Shown here: positions 14,178 to 28,235 of the stretch, one piece after another | How positions within the stretch are numbered: position 1 is the stretch's first letter | Layout: every line of letters begins with the position of its first letter | NCBI GenBank assembly: GCA_951406725.2 | Contig: OX597816.1 | Coordinates: 85,312,001 to 85,376,000 of the forward strand | Direction: 5' to 3' | DNA from: Octopus vulgaris | Taxonomy: Eukaryota | DNA: 64,000 nucleotides | Translations under genes and position numbers: made by a program | The notes under the pieces: model-generated | The model's input: only the letters and a program-made list of their open reading frames with translations | What the model was told of the DNA's origin: nothing | Databases searched by the model: none

Positions 14178-14262
14178 GTAAAAGAAGAAGAAGAAGAAGA
14201 AGAAGAAGAAGAAGAAGAAGAAGAAGAAGAAGAAGAAGAAGAAGAAGAAGAAGAAGAAGAAG
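14027..14262. repeat. Compound microsatellite (ACT)n(AAT)n(AAG)n
   Basis: Direct reading; explains the poly-F/L/V/S/I ORFs. Confidence 0.95.
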
Positions 14263-15720
14263 AGGCAAATACCAGTGGCAAACAAGATAATGGTCGGAAA
14301 ATTCTAACTGCTTTCCCTTTACTTGGGTCTGTTTGTTGTAGTACCGTTCTTCATTTTGCCATCCAGGTCGGAACATGAACGTCACTATTCAGTATTTCGT
14401 CTAGCTGTCTCGCACTTCTCCTCTACAGAGCTATCAAGTTTTTAAGCCAAAAGCCCTGAACCCCACCTGTGCCAGGCGCTATCTAGTTAGGAACTTTTAG
14501 GCACTGATCTCTAATCACCTCCTCGGTTATTCTCAATTCCTCCTACTGATACTCTCCACTCTTCTCTTTGACTCTTTTTAACCACTCTGCTTCTGTTTCG
14601 TGTTGTTTGTCCTGAGACGATATGTTTGAGAAGAATCGTTTACTTTCTTCAGCATCTCGCACGGCTTTTTCACCTTTTTCCTGACTCGTTTATGATTTTG
14701 TTCGAGAAATCTGTTTAATCTGTACTGCTCGTTTCTCTGTTCATATCTCTTTGGTTTATGTGCTCTAGCTTTCAACCTCTGTTTTAATTCCTCAATCACA
14801 GCATTGATTCCCTTTCTCTTCACCTTGTACATCCTTTCTACCTCAACATATTTCTCTCGCTGAGCTTCATTTCTTTTTTCCGTTCCAGAATATTAATATG
14901 CTATCTGGACTCGTTAATAGACTGCGTTATTCTTCTTTTCTACCATGGTTCCTTCAAGTTGTGTTGACATTTGCCTTTGGCTTTCAAACCTAACTTTCGG
15001 GCTATGAAGGTCGAGTTTGCATTTATCAGATTGTTCGTGTCTGTGGTGTTGTCAGTCTTGATATCACCAGTAATATAATCTATCTTCTTAACCCATTCAT
15101 TAAGTTACTTTCTGTGTACTTTTTTTAAATCGCCTATGAAAGCTCTGTTCACCAGAGGTCCAAATATCAATGATTTCATTTAAAATGGATATTTGTTCCT
15201 CGGTTTTTCTCATCGCTTTCTTGATCAAAATTCTTAGTCTCATGCTCGTTTTTCTCCTTTAACTCCACTGCCATTCTCTTCCCATCCTTCTGTTCACAGC
15301 TGGCCTTACTCCCTCTCAGCACCTTGTACTTCCTTAATGCTTTCTAGTTCAACTGGAGATCATTCATTCTTTCTGATAGACTAGCTTGTTCACACAGATT
15401 TTGTTCACTTAATACAAATAGGCTTCTGTCGCTCCATGCCCTGTGCATTCTTTTCCTATATCCCCGAGCGGGTACTTCATTTTCATTTCTCGGATTTCCC
15501 AGAAAGTAGCACTCCATTACAGCCGCATTCATTTTTGTCGTCCACCTTCTTTTAGCACTTGCTGGATGACGACTGGGCCCACACTGCTCACAGGTGGGAC
15601 ACCCACCGGGAGAGAGGCATTCGCAAGGTATTCCAACCTCATCCGCGCCGTTCTTATTTCTGATTTTATTTCACATTTCAGCATTCATGATGACGGTTAG
15701 TGAACTTTAGGTTGCACAAC
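14263..15720 (-). mobile_element. R4/Dong-clade non-LTR retrotransposon, decayed 5' (pre-RT) part
   Basis: ORF pieces MNAAVMECYFLGNP...RGYRKRMHRAW...SEQNLCEQA and KGINAVIEELKQRLKARAHK.KRYEQRNEQYRLNRF are characteristic R4 N-terminal motifs. Confidence 0.8.
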
Positions 15721-15734
15721 CACCACTATTTTTC

Positions 15735-15937
15735 TCCTTCTTCATCTTCTTCTTCTTCTTCTTCTTCTTCTTCTTCTTCTTCTTCTTCTTCTTCTTCTTC
15801 TTCTTCTTCTTCTTCTTCTTCTTCTTCTTCTTCTTTCACTTTCTCTTCCTTCTCCTCCTCCTCCTCTTCTTCTTCTTCTTCTTCTTCTTCTTCTTCTTCT
15901 TCTTCTTCTTCTTCGTCGTCGTCGTTATTATTATTAT
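15735..15937. repeat. (TTC)n-rich compound microsatellite
   Basis: Direct reading. Confidence 0.95.
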
Positions 15938-15944
15938 TTGTTTT

Positions 15945-16375
15945 GCTTTCTTTCTTCAAATTTTCTTCCATTTCTCGCCGATTACACATGCAAATTCACA
16001 GGTAAAATATGTATTTAAACAAATTAATAAATAAATAAATTCATGAAAAGATGTTGTTTTCACAGTGATAATGCTCTTCTCAGTACAAGAGTCATTCCAG
16101 TTTACACGATTTTTTGCATTCCCTGTAGGGATGGTAAACCTGGTATCATTTTCATAAAGGTTTCAGTAACGTTTTTTTAATCATTCCTAGATATCCTACA
16201 ATCACTGGTGCTGTAGTGACCTTGAGATGCCTCATTTTTTCAATTTCTATTAGCAAGTCTTTATATTGACTGATCTTGTCAAGTACTTTCGCCGCTATAT
16301 TGTGATCGCAAGGAATACACATGTCAATTAATAAACACACCTTTTTTGTCTCATATTTTATTATAATATCCAGTT
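15945..16375 (-). mobile_element. R4/Dong 3' fragment (older; RLE C-terminus and 3' UTR)
   Basis: CLLIDMCIPCDHNIAAKVLDKISQYKDLLIEIEKMRHLK...PVIVGYLGMIKK is paralogous to the 16607 ORF; its 3' tail resembles 16436-16475. Confidence 0.85.
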
Positions 16376-16431
16376 ATTATAAAAGATTTATTATTATTAA
16401 AAAAATATTTTTATTATTATTATTATTATTA

Positions 16432-17734
16432 CTTTTTTTTCTTCTTTCAAATTTGCTTCCATTTCTTGCCGAGTGTCTTCCCGACTCCTAGGGCAAAGAA
16501 ACTCATAGTATACATTGGTAGGCCATTAAACCAAACTCAATAGTTCGTTCATTTTTTTTTTTTTTTTTTTTCAAGTTAAATTAAAATACACGAGCAGCAA
16601 CAGTTCTCACATCGACAATGCTCTTCTCAATACGTGTGATGTACCAGTTAAGACAATCTTTTGCACTTCTTGCAGTGATGGTGAGCCAGGGATCATTCTC
16701 ATATAATTTTCGGTTCCCTTCTTGATCATTCCTAGTGCTCCTACGATCACTGGTATTGTAACCGCCTTGAGATGCCACATTTTTTCAATTTCAATGAGTA
16801 GGTCTTTATATTTTCTGAGCTTGTCAAACTCTTTCGCTGAGATATTATGATCACAGGGGATGCTCATGTCGATCAATAAGCAAACTTTATTGTTTTGGTC
16901 TTTCACAACAATATCTGGTTTATTGGCCTTGATGGTTCGGTCAGTATGTACTGGAAAGTCCCACAGAATGGTTACATTTTCTCCTTCAGTTACAGCCTCA
17001 GGGTGGTGATTATACCACTTGTCGGCAGTTTTGATATTGTAATGCCGACTTATTAGCCAGTGTAGATATTGGCCAACTCTGTCATGTCTTAATTTATATT
17101 CCACTGGTGCTAAGACTTTACATCCAGAGATTAGGTGGTCCACTGTTTCAATCATGTCGTTGCAGAATCGGCATTTTGGGTCTGCTCTATTTTTCATCAC
17201 ATTGGCCTGGTAGTTCCGGGTTAATAGGCTTTGATCTTGAGCAGCCAGGATGAAACCTTCGCTCTCTGCTTTTAGCCCTGAGCTCCGTAGCCACTGATGG
17301 GTTTGCTTCTGGTCAACATCAGCTTGTTTGCTGCGGGTCACATATTTGCCGTGCAGAGGTTTCTCCTCCCACCTATCAGCCAATTGCTCGTGCGCTTTTT
17401 TCGTTGCCATCATTTTCACCTTCTTTGCAACAATAGTTGCCGTACTTCCCTCGGGTTGTTCAGTTTGGGTATCCTGCACGAGATCAATAGCAAATTTTTG
17501 CTTTCCTTTGTGATAGAATGAAGCTTCTTTCGTCTCTCGTGATTTTCCACGAGCTTTAGCATCCAGTCATTCGATATTTCGAGATATTTGGCCAGTCCAA
17601 TTGTGGTTGTTTTGTAAGCTAGTTCAAATTGGATCAGGCCTCGACCTCCTTGGGCTCTGGGAAGGTAAAGGCGATCTACGTCTGCCTTTGGGTGATGCAT
17701 CCTATTACAACTCAGCTGCTTGCGTATTTTCCTA

Positions 17735-17735
<1 letters not shown>
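16432..17735 (-). mobile_element. R4/Dong 5'-truncated copy; RT C-terminus plus restriction-like endonuclease (ORF 16607-17479, frameshifted continuation 17416-17700)
   Basis: HPKADVDRLYLPRAQGGRGL; CCHC motif CRFC...ETVDHLISGC; RHD; KPDIVV...IDMSIP...EFDKLRKY (PD-(D/E)xK); flanked by (TTA)n and (TTC)n. Confidence 0.92.
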
Positions 17736-17877
<142 letters not shown>

Positions 17878-18090
17878 TGGTTGGTAACTGGCAGAACCGG
17901 TACCACGCAGATCCAAACTCATACCGGAAATTCGTCCGTTCTGAATTTTAATTTCTTCGGGGTCGATTTTGCCTTTCATCCTCTTGGAGTCGATAAATTA
18001 AGTACCAGTAAAACATTGGGTCGATATAATCGTTTAGTGTCCTCCCCAAAAATTTCAGGCCTTGTGTCTTTAGTAGAAAGGATTATTATT
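17878..18090 (+). mobile_element. SINE family B (Meta-domain), diverged
   Basis: ggggtcgattttgcctttcatcctcttggagtcgataaattaagtaccag...ggccttgtgtctttagtagaaagg followed by (att)n. Confidence 0.8.
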
Positions 18091-18094
18091 GTTG

Positions 18095-18960
18095 TTGCTG
18101 TTGTTAATGCTACTCTTTTTACGCTAGTGCATGCCAGTTTAGTTACCAGGTATTTTATATTGAGGTTTGGTGACAACAAGCTTCCTCAAGTATCAAGTGA
18201 TCACAGGATCATAACACAATATATGATGGTATTCATTTGCAGGTCGACTATGCGAATTTCAATTTCAATCAGTTTTAATTTTTTAGGCAGAATCTCATGC
18301 GCAGTGCCAATTGCAACAATTACTACATGAATAATTGTTGTCTTAAACTTCCACATACTCCTCAGCTGCTCTCTGGCTGGTCTTCACATACTCTACAACA
18401 GTTCCCTGGCTGGTCTTCGACATACACCACAGCAGTTCTCTGGCTTGTCTTCCACATACGCCTCAGTAGCTCTCTGGTTGGTCTTCCACATACTCCTCAG
18501 CAGTTCTCTGGCTGTTCTTTCACATTCTCCTCAGCAGCTCTTTGGCTGGTCTTCCACAGCAGTTTTCTGGTTAGATCCTGACATTTCCTCTATTTTCTCT
18601 TCTATAATCATATTTGGTCTTCTTGCTTCAATAATAAAGTCAATCTTTACTGGATAAATCGCACAATGTCTTCGAATTTTCATTTTGTATCAGAGCGACA
18701 CGTTCCTGTTCATATAACTTTTACCTTGTTTACTAAACCAACATTCGGCTAACATTCAAATGTACTTTTTTGTTTAAGCAGTCATGATTGCCCAGACAGT
18801 CTCTTTTGTGCCATTATACTGGGCTTGCTTCTGAACGGCTATAATTAATGTTCAAGTCCGTCAGCCAGGACCAGCGCTCTTTACTCCGGCACTTTTACCT
18901 CATTGGATGAGTTGGCCACGTAGTTTTAGTTCCTTCCATTTGTTTGTTCTGTTCTTCTTT
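18095..18960 (-). mobile_element. Old R4/Dong RLE fragment containing an internal minisatellite
   Basis: Minus-strand translations WSWLT...LIIAVQKQA, IIEARRPNMII and FKTTIIHVVIVAIGT...IEIEIRIVDLQ. Confidence 0.7.
18348..18572. repeat. ~34-bp minisatellite, about 6.5 units
   Basis: Unit approximately cttccacatactcctcagcagttctctggctggt. Confidence 0.9.
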
Positions 18961-19184
18961 GCTTTCTCTTTCAATTTCTACCGCTTCAGTCACTTTGTGG
19001 GTATCTATGGATGCCAATAGTAATTTTTCACCTTATTTTTACTTAACTTTTGATTGTGTAATCACATTTCAATATTTGACGGGAATGGAATGTGTTCTCT
19101 CTCTTTCCCTCTCTCTCTCTCACATACCCATAGATATAGATACTTATTTTCAAATACGCGTGTGTGTATGTGTGTGTGTGTATC

Positions 19185-19239
<55 letters not shown>

Positions 19240-20093
19240 CTTAACACATACACGTATGTATGTATGCATGTAAGTATGTACGTATAAGAACTGTGGCTCA
19301 ACATTTAATATCTGTACGTCACGATAATGACAAGGATCTTTGCGACGCAGGTTCATGCTCTGTCGGAACATTAACTTCATCCATATCCAGTAAGAATAAA
19401 GTATATTCATGAAGTTCCATATTCGTTCATTGTAGGTAAAATGAAATAAATATAATTTACAATATTTAAGCATATCATGCGATGTATTAATAAAACACAT
19501 GGAACTTGAATTTCTCTTTAATTCCGAATATACACTGCCGAAGTCGTTGTTCTAACTGTCGTTGTAGACTTTGTAGTTGTAGTTTTTGTAGTTATTTTTA
19601 AGAATCTATACATTTTCCATATTGTTCCTGAAATAGTACTTCCTAATATTTATAAATTATGTTCTTATTTACTTGATAAGAAGAATTAATTTCCAAAACC
19701 CTTTTAGTTTTGAACATTTTAGAAGGAAATATACATTATGGGCTTTGACCTATATGGTCACGGAAGTATAATTTTGACATGTTCGACATTGCTCAGTACC
19801 TTCTTTGACTGCCACTTAATGCCACCATCATAACTGACATCACCTTGATGGACCATTTATGATGGGAACGGTTTACAATCGTGAGGAATTTTAAAGTAGT
19901 ATAAGTTGAATAGCATTTATAGATTGCCTGCAAAATGAGATTATAAAATCGATATTGAAAGTGCTTCGTAGTGTGTGAGTGTGTGGAGTATTTTCTTAAT
20001 ATTTGGCAGGCAGAAAGCATTATTTCGTAATTAAATTCAATCACTGAATTCAGCAAAAAAAAAGAAAAGAAAAAGACACACATGTGCAGATCT

Positions 20094-20137
<44 letters not shown>

Positions 20138-20389
20138 GCATACATACATACATACATATATACATTCATGCACACACACGTAAGCATGTACATGTGTGTG
20201 TTAGTACTGCTATTGTTGATATGAACACACTCTCTCGTTTTTTCTTCTATATATTTTTCTCTTTCTCTCATTCTCTCACTCTTCCTGGTTCTGTATATAT
20301 AGGTATTAATACACACTCAAAGGCGTACATATTACATATAAGTGTATATCTTTGTGTACACACACACACACAAACATATCCATACATTC

Positions 20390-20436
<47 letters not shown>

Positions 20437-22070
20437 TATGTATATATATATGCATATTTTAGTGGATACGTAGTAATTTGTGTGCTTTTATTTATGTGAT
20501 ATATATTCCTGAATGTTCTATTACTCGACATAGATATACGAAGAAAATTACTCTAAATGTAGCGATACGGATATAAAGTCACAGTTTGAATAAATAAAAC
20601 AGAAACAAAACAATGAAATTAAGTGTAAGGTAAATATATCATTTATATACTTATTTCCGAATAAAAAACACACACACAAAACAAAACAATTTGAAGTTTC
20701 TAAGAAGCTTTCAAAAATGCTAGAGAATTATGATCAAGGTGCGGCTTGTTAATTGCAATTAAGCAAGGAGTAAGGAGTTCTAACACTAAAAGGATAAGTA
20801 AAACAAAATACAAGAAACAGTATCCGAAAATAAAGGACACATATAAAAAAGACACATTCTAGAGCTATCAATGAGTAATTATTGGTCAATTAGATAATTA
20901 GATCGTACATACACGACATTTACAGGTCAATATGGCAAATGAATATAAAAACCTGTATTAAAATATATTATAGAACATGCGCTTCACTCAACTACTTCAG
21001 GTTGTTGAATCTCACTTAATGTAGAATGGAAAGAAAGAAATAGCGAATGGAATTAATCCTAATAGCGGAGTAAATATAACAGAAAAAAAAGTAAACGAAA
21101 CGATAATGTTATTGGAGTCTTCTATGGGAAATGCAGTATAGAGCTATTAACTCGAGCAGTTTCGAAAGAGAGCTTTACAAGCATTAGCATACTTTATTTG
21201 AAGTGTTCTTTTAGTCCACCTGCTCAATTAAGGACCAAGAGAATTACATTACACGGTGCATTGCTTGCACTCCACATCCCCATTAAAAAAATTGCAGTTT
21301 TACAAAGTAGAGCTAGTCCTTGACAATCTCAGAATAGGCATTCGAAATAGATGCTTTGCAAATATGTAGTTTACTTAATAAAAGCTTTAATTTAAAACAT
21401 CCTCAGAGAATATGTTCCTCGTTTTCTAAGCAGAACGAAAAAAATAAGTAACAGTAAGGCCTTGCTATCGTGTCGTTTGCGCATAACAGTTTTCACACAC
21501 TCTTTAATAGTACTTGCTGGTGTTTAGCTTCAATGTCAATATAAACGGCAAATATTCGGTTATTATGCACAAAAAGGAATATTATTCTATGTATTATGTC
21601 ATTTCGAATGATATGATGAAATATGTGTAGTTTTGTAGCTTGTCTATCATTTGCGAAAAGATTAATGCAGTTGGCTTGAACATCTTTCACTGTAAGACAC
21701 ACACACACCTATATGCTGATCAACATTTTGTACTTTTTAAAACATATTCACGCAAAGTCTCATAAAGAACATGATAATAAAATTATTAGAGTTGGGGGAG
21801 GGGCTGAATAAACAACCGGGGTAAAGTGAGTAATTTATGATTTCTCGTTATTTTCTCCCTGTCTGTTTCAAATCCTTGCATTGAAATATTGCAACATCGC
21901 TTTGTACTATTGCATTATTTTTAGGAGTAAGAATTTGTCAGTATAGTTGTTGTTGCTGAGGTTGAGATAGTGTGGAACATTGTCAGGTGACAGGTACTTT
22001 ATTTTCAAGAAAATTTTCCTCATCTTTGAACCGATTGTGATTTAGGTTACTATTAAAATCTTAGGGGGGG

Positions 22071-22365
22071 GGGGCGCAATGGCCCAGTAGTTAGGGCAGC
22101 GGACTCGCGGTCGGAGGATCGTGGTTTCGATTCCCAGAGCGGGCTCTGTGTGTGTTTATTGAGCGAAAACATCTAAAGCTCCACGTGTCTCCGGCAGGGG
22201 GTGGTGGCGACGCCCTGTTGTACTCTTTCGCCCCAGCTTTCTCTCACTCTCTCTTCCTGTTTTTTGAGTAGCGCTGCGATGGACTGGCGTCCCGTCCAGC
22301 TCGGGAGGGGGGGACACATACGCCACAGAAACCGGGAAACCGGGCCCATGAGCCTAGCTAGGTTT
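22071..22365 (+). mobile_element. tRNA-derived SINE family C with V-domain-like body
   Basis: Head ggcgcaatggcccagtagttagggcagcggactcgcggtcggaggatcgtggtttcgattccc (A and B boxes); body gctgcgatggactggcgtcccgtccag...gaaaccggg; (aaat)n tail. Confidence 0.85.
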
Positions 22366-23490
22366 GAAAATAAATAAATAAATAAAATTAAGATATCAGT
22401 ATAAATTTTGGTGTTTAACAATCAATTTTCTTTTCTTTGTTGGACTCCTAGTCAATTTTTTCTCGCATTAATGCTAATTTTCAATTTGAAAAAATCTGAT
22501 GTCTAAATGGGCAATAAATAGTTTCAATAATTTCTTCTCTTTAACTGCATGATGCATAAAGACATCGGTAGAGAGCCACTTCAGTAGATCGTGAAGAAAC
22601 TATAGACAATAATTTATGATGATTTTTTTTTAATATTAATTCTAGTCTCGTTAACTTCATATCATGAATTTTCCCGTGGTCCGCTTCATTTGACCTAAAT
22701 ATTTAAAAATTGTGTTGCATTTCTGATCTTTCTGATATTTAACGAAGGATATTGCTGTTTGAATCCTGTTTTCAAATATGATTCCGGAGAATTGAAGAGG
22801 CAAATTTTCCCTGTCTTGGTTGACTCATTTTCCCCACCAAAATTTTTTTTTTAGATGCTTTTATAAGAGAACTGAGAAAATTTTCAGAAACAATGTTCTG
22901 AATATATTATAGTGTTTTAAAAACATTTAGAGAAGGTTATTTGCTTTACTGATGTAGTGTTTGAAAGTTAGTGAAAATTTGTAAAGAATATATTTTGTCT
23001 CAAAATCAACTATGCAGTAAAAATCGATCATTGTGCTCCCCACCTGTACAAAGATATTTTGACTTGTTAGAATATAAAAGAATTGTATTTGGTTGTCTTA
23101 GATGTTAATGTTATCGTGTGGAAATATCTATTGATTTTAATTTTTGAGTGGTGGTCACCCACACAAGAGATTGCGCAAGTGTATGCTAAAGATACAAGTT
23201 GAGGCGCAAATTGAAAGCCACCCTCGTGCTTTAACACGATCTTTATGTGTGATGTCTGCTGCAAATAGGTTCGTTTACACATTCTCTATCAAAATCTAAA
23301 ATCTGCATCTACATGTTTATACGCATACCTAAAAGTATAACTATATCTGTCTGTCCGTTTATCTGTCAGTCTCCTTGTTTGGCTGTCTATCTATATAGAA
23401 AGAAAGAGAAAGATATATATATGTATATACGTATACGCACAAATATATGTGTGAGTGGAAGTATATATACATATCTCTTTTTCTCTTTTT

Positions 23491-23891
23491 TCTCTTTTTA
23501 CTTGTTTCAGTCATTTGACTGCGGCCATGCTGGAGCACCGCCTTTAGTCGAGCAAATCGACCCCGGGACTTATTCTTTGTAAGCCCAGTACTTATTCTAT
23601 CGGTTTCTTTTTGCCGAACCGCTAAGTGACGGGGACGTAAACACACCACCATCGGTTGTCAAGCAATGCTAGGTGACAAACACAGACACAAAAATACACA
23701 CACATACATACATATATATATACATATATACGACAGGCTTCTTTCAGTTTCCGTCTACCAAATCCACTCACAAGGCATTGGTCGGCCCGGGGCTATAGCA
23801 GAAGACACTTGCCCAAGATGCCACGCAGTGGGACTGAACCCGGAACCATGTGGTTGGTTAGCAAGCTACTTACCACACAGCCACTCCTGCG

Positions 23892-23894
<3 letters not shown>
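23491..23894 (-). mobile_element. SINE family A, full length
   Basis: Near-identical to 351-871 and 42623-43031. Confidence 0.92.
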
Positions 23895-23943
<49 letters not shown>

Positions 23944-24251
23944 CATTAAATATTCCGAAGCGAATGTTTATAAGATATTACTTTTGCTAATAATAATTAT
24001 AATCATTATTGAAGGCAATATTAATAATTATTGCAGCAAACCAGAAATTAATCACATATAATATATAGCTTTATGCTGTATTGGCATGTGAGAAATATTT
24101 TTGATCTGCTAGTATTCCGTTGAATCTGCTTTTTTTAGTGTAAATTTTCGGGGTGCTCTAAATAAGGGTTTTGACTTTTATTTTTACAGGGTAGATACTT
24201 TAATGTATCCTAATGATATATATATATGCATCTATGTATGTATGTATATAC

Positions 24252-24292
<41 letters not shown>

Positions 24293-24294
24293 CA

Positions 24295-26430
24295 TGACGC
24301 CGAGTTGTTAATCGCACCAATTCTACTAATGAACATCAGAAGCATCTTGAAAAACAACAGCAAGAGCAAAATTGCATACCTATGAGTAGTGTCTGTATGC
24401 AATGAAGCCATATTTATTGCACTCGCAGAGACGCAGTGATACACGTACCAATGTATACTGTGTTGCGATATATATCCGTGAAGATGTCGCACCATTGACA
24501 CAGTTGTTGCATACGAATTCAGTCTGCGAAACACTCATAATACGCCTAAAGCAACTTGACGTGGTAATATGCACATTATACCGCCCACCCGATGCCTCAA
24601 ACTACGATGGTAGGTTTTGGGAATGTCTTACAAACCTAGACCAATGCCTTAATGTAATTCTGATGAGTGACATCCACTTACCCAACATTACATGGACTGA
24701 AGCTTTTATAACCTCAGGTCAGACACGAAAAGAATGCAATCAGACAGAATCTCTTGTAGATCTCATGAAAATGATGTTCATGGGGCAGACCATACTTTCC
24801 CCAACTAGAAATAACCACATTGAACACTGAAAAAGAAAGAGTAAACAGGGAAGCCAGGGCGGTTGAAAATATAAAAAGAAACCCTGTAGCCTTCTACACG
24901 TTCGCAAAAGCGTCTGCCTATGTGCGATACAGGATAGCGCAACTGTTTGATGAAAAGGGCTCACTGACTGCAGACCCCAAGAGGATAAGAGAGAAACACT
25001 CAGTAAACAATTCCAAAGTCTTTTCACCTCGTCATTAGAAAACATAAAAAGAAGCAGACCTGATGAGTTCTCCATCACCCCTAACCTACAAGAGAAAAGG
25101 GCAACCATCAGTTACATTGGCATTACAGAAGAGGATGTATTGCTGGCCATTAATGAGATAAACTCAAACTCTGCAACAGGCCCAGATGAACTCACAGCAA
25201 CCCTGTTCAAAACATGCAAGAAAGCTCTGCAAATGCTTTTCCAAAGTTCCATTGAATGCGGTACATTTCCTCAAACATTAAAAAAAGGAATAATTTGCTC
25301 TGTCCACAACGGAGAAAGCAGAGCAGGTGCTATAAATTACATGCCTATCTCTCAGACCTCACTTGTTAGCAAAATCATGGAAGGCATAGTCAGAAATAGA
25401 CTGACTACGATCCTATAGGAAAATTGACTTGCTTACAAACATGCATCATGGTTTCCGCCCTGGAAGGAGCTGCCTAACACAGCTACTACAGCCCTTCGAA
25501 TGGGTACTAAAACAACAGCTCAACCATTCAAATGTGGATGTGATATACCTTAAGTTTCTCCAAGGCGTTTGACAAAGTCGATCATGGAATATGTCACAAA
25601 TTGCGTGACCTCGGTATCACTGGTAGACTGGGTGAGTGGCTGCATGTTTTCCTGAGGGGCAGAAGTCAGGCAGTCACAGTAAATGGTGCTCTCTCTGAAG
25701 TGACACCAATCTGCAGTGGTGACTCCAGAGAACACTGCTGGTTCCGCTACAGTTTGTATTTGCTCTCTCTCTCTCTCGGACATGCCGTCAGCCATAAAGT
25801 CAGACACACTCACCAGCTACGCCGATGATACAAAAGTATCGCAGCCGGTCAAGGAATCTCCTAACATCCTAAGACAGCAGAATGATCTGAATGCAAAATA
25901 TAAGTGGGCTGATAAGAATAATATACAGTTCAATGGCGCAAAATTTCAAGCACTCCGCTATCAGCCCACAAAATACAGCTGAAGTTCACGAGACCAGCAA
26001 GCAATGTAATCCCAGATTTAGAGTCTGTACGTAACCTGGAAATCCACATGAGGAACAACGCAATATTGCTCTGATAGCAACACTATGCAGAAGCGGCAGG
26101 TTGGTTGCTTAGATCTTTCAGGACCAGGAACAGAAACTAACTACTTCTGCTTTGGAGAACCTTTGTCCTCAGTCGTCTGGACTACTACTCCCTACTGTGG
26201 CTCACACAGAGTGCAAAACTAATTGCATACAAAGAAGATAGACTCAGTAAAACACTTGGGCTACTGGGAGAGGTTACGGGAACCGGAACTCTATTTCATG
26301 GAGAGGAGACATGAGAGATATACAGTGCTATACATATGGAAAATAACGGAGGGTCTAGCTCCAAATTTCGGAACCGAAATCTACAGCAATTCTCGAACTC
26401 GAAAGCACTGCACAGTACCAAATATCCCAT
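24295..26430 (+). mobile_element. CR1-group (Zenon-like) LINE, decayed APE endonuclease plus RT
   Basis: LLMNIRSILK, ICTLYRPPD, LMSDIHLPNITW, PTRNNH (APE); NIKRNPVAFY, SATGPD, HGFRPGRSCLTQLL, YADDTKV, LDYYS.LW, YWERL (RT); many stops and frameshifts. Confidence 0.9.
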
Positions 26431-28115
26431 TTTCATTTAATATGCATATTAAATAAATACATACAATATATATCATCACTTAAATCGCTTAAATGGTTAT
26501 ATATTATGAGTAATATGTGTATTAATGTTTTGAATTCTCTGGTATCTCATTCTTTTAAATATTTCAGTAACAGCAGAAATAAAGAAACATTAATTTTCAT
26601 TAAGAAATTATCTCGTATCTTATAATATTTTCTACCTTATGATAATAAAAATATTAATGATAAAATCATATTATGAATAATAAATACACTATGTTTATGA
26701 ATGTAATATATCTTCATATAATTCTGGAAACACACATTTATATAAAAACCCACATAAAAAATGCGTGCAATGTACAAAATTCATTGATATGAATAATAAT
26801 TAGATCGCTGCAATACAGGAACGATATCTACAGATATCGTTTCTTTAACGCATCGACGCAATTTAGTTTCATATTATTTTCAAGTCAGTGTCGCCTATGT
26901 CGGAGACGTAAATGCATCCATCCAACCCATAATTTTTTTTTTACGGAATTCTACATTTTCGGCTATGGAGATACCGATTCTGAAAAAAATTTTTCAAAAA
27001 ATGGCAACTTTCAAATTTCAATACCCACTTTTTCACTTTTTCCGGAAATTTTATTACTTGCAAAATACGTAGAAAAATACGGAGATTATGATTCTGGAAA
27101 AAAACGAACACTTTAATTCCTCAGTATTCCTTTGCTATTTTTAGTTTTCCGTTTTCCAAAGCGTTTGCTGCACTCATATTTTTTTGTAATTATCAAAAAA
27201 AAAAAAAAAATGAATACTTGAATTTCACTTTGTCATATTACTGCGGGAAATTACTCTGAAAGTAATCTTTGCAGAAAGGTGAGTAGATTGATTACATGTT
27301 ATCGGAGCTTTGTGAGATTTGGCTAGCATGTGGATAGCCTGCTTGATTTTTGAATTTTTTTTTCTTTTTAGAATCGGAATGACAGTTTTTCAACTAAAAC
27401 CATGACATAAAAATCACCCTGACCTGTTTGATTGCTTTGAGCAGAGTAAAATCTGACACAAAATAACACAAGAACACATCAAGAATTTAATGCAAATAGA
27501 TTGCCACAACAAAGCCATACTCTTTTGCATCATTTAATAGTAACAGTTTAAACACATGCGTCGTACATAAGTAATCTGATCAAAACGAAGAAAAGAATGA
27601 TTAGTGGAAACGAAAACAAAAAAATATCGAACGCTTAATTCTTTGCCAACAACTACAAAATATTAATATCTATACTTTGTAACACGCTGGATACTTATCT
27701 GTGGAATGTAATATCGATTGAGCAGAAAAGAATTTTGAATGCCAGAATGGTATACATAACTCTAAATTGCATTTTTGAAACTAAACATTGAGGGAGAGTC
27801 TCATAAAACTACGATTCACTGCCGTTATCGCTACGGTTAAATAATTGCATTGTTAAACACACATCCTCTGTCTCATAGTCTAGAGTATCGTATTAGCATA
27901 AAAAAAGATTGTTATTCTTTGTAGTATAACATCCTTGCTACGTGCTTAAAGAAATTGTTATAAGATTATTCATTTTAGGGGAGTCATTTATAAACGCTAC
28001 GACGTAAAACGCCATGAGACGTTTGAAAATCTTTTGAAAGAGATGGTTATGCATTCATAAGTCTAATTCCAGGGACAAAAATATCAACTTTACTCATGCA
28101 GAAGAATTCATAATT

Positions 28116-28181
<66 letters not shown>

Positions 28182-28185
28182 CAGC

Positions 28186-28225
<40 letters not shown>
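28116..28225. repeat. (TAG)n microsatellite
   Basis: Direct reading. Confidence 0.95.
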
Positions 28226-28235
28226 ACAATGACAA

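Noticed and set aside
18348-18572. CRISPR-like array
   Set aside because: Units are contiguous with no unique spacers, the context is eukaryotic and there are no cas genes
21000-21300. Possible BEL/Pao RNase H relic (ILYLKCSFSPPAQLRTKRITLHGALLA)
   Set aside because: Only a weak resemblance to SKSRVAP...IPRLEL.GALL, with no other LTR-element motifs; needs an HMM search
22071-22150. Possible tRNA gene (also SINE heads at ~800-871, 44473 and 59100-59190)
   Set aside because: A and B boxes are present, but there is no closed cloverleaf or acceptor stem and the sequence continues into a multicopy SINE body
26830-27480. DNA-transposon/MITE-like tract (also 21800-23050 and 3610-3840)
   Set aside because: Composition is suggestive, but I could not define TIRs or TSDs
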